From Klebsiella phage vB_KpnS-Fama, in the sequence record PV891803.1: a stretch of DNA of 24,000 bases; one strand, given 5' to 3'. The number at the start of each line of letters is the position of its first letter. The stretch's first letter is position 1. A program made the position numbers and the translations under genes. This document shows, piece by piece, positions 23,799 through 24,000 of this stretch. The notes beneath the pieces were generated by a model, which saw nothing but the letters and a program-made list of their open reading frames with translations, did no database searches and was not told the DNA's origin.

Positions 23799-24000
23799 AT
23801 GTCTGAAGAACGTAGAAAACGCGTAACGAAATCGCACTTTGAGGGGAACTTCAAAGCGCTATATGAAAAGGAGTTCGGCGTGGTGCTAGGGCGCACAGCA
23901 GAGATGACGCCGGAACAATTTTTTGATATCGCAAAGCGTTACTTCCAGTGGGCCGAAGAGAACGCAATCAAGGCTGCGGAAACGGCAACGTTTCAGGGCG
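23799..24000 (+). CDS. Probable terminase small subunit, partial (N-terminus)
   Basis: MSEERRKRVTKSHFEGNFKALYEKEFGVVLGRTAEMTPEQFFDIAKRYFQWAEENAIKAAE... after GAAGGAGG; open to the window edge; assignment is from T1-like context. Confidence 0.6.
   Translation, partial: MSEERRKRVTKSHFEGNFKALYEKEFGVVLGRTAEMTPEQFFDIAKRYFQWAEENAIKAAETATFQG

Noticed and set aside
1-24000. Prophage/lysogeny module (integrase, CI-like repressor, att sites) or tRNA genes
   Set aside because: No integrase-like ORF, no cI/cro pair and no tRNA-like cloverleaf were recognised; gene content fits a lytic T1-like phage.

Overview
This window looks like a lytic, T1-like (Drexlerviridae-type) enterobacterial siphophage genome segment. 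That assignment is inference from gene order and domain signatures. The layout is: leftward tail fibre (cut by the window edge, absent from the ORF track), SSB, Erf, RecE-like exonuclease, zinc-ribbon primase and HTH regulator; rightward SF2 helicase, VRR-NUC, Dam-type methyltransferase, metallophosphoesterase, HAD phosphatase, NMP kinase and a holin/endolysin/u-spanin cassette; leftward DUF3987, HNH-AP2 and small accessory genes including a C5-methyltransferase-like protein; rightward small early genes ending in the start of a likely terminase small subunit. The most interesting signals are non-coding. (1) A repeated gene-punctuation module of about 75 bp occurs at least 12 times on both strands. 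It consists of the box TAGCA(C/T)TTTTTGTTAAAA, a spacer of 21-22 nt after TTGTTA that is often a hairpin abutting TATTAT/TATAGT, a leader resembling ATCGAAAC, a Shine-Dalgarno and ATG. The box-to-ATG distance is close to 75 nt in nearly every copy, and the upstream gene's stop codon usually lies inside the box. (2) Two AT-rich non-coding regions (about 4383-4768 and 20173-20397) carry GTAAGAT/ATCTTAC repeats and share a core of roughly 120 bp in opposite orientation; they are origin or partition-like candidates. (3) At 6238-6302, opposing promoters have overlapping -10 hexamers between the HTH regulator and the helicase. All coordinates were counted by hand from the sequence; no database search was run.
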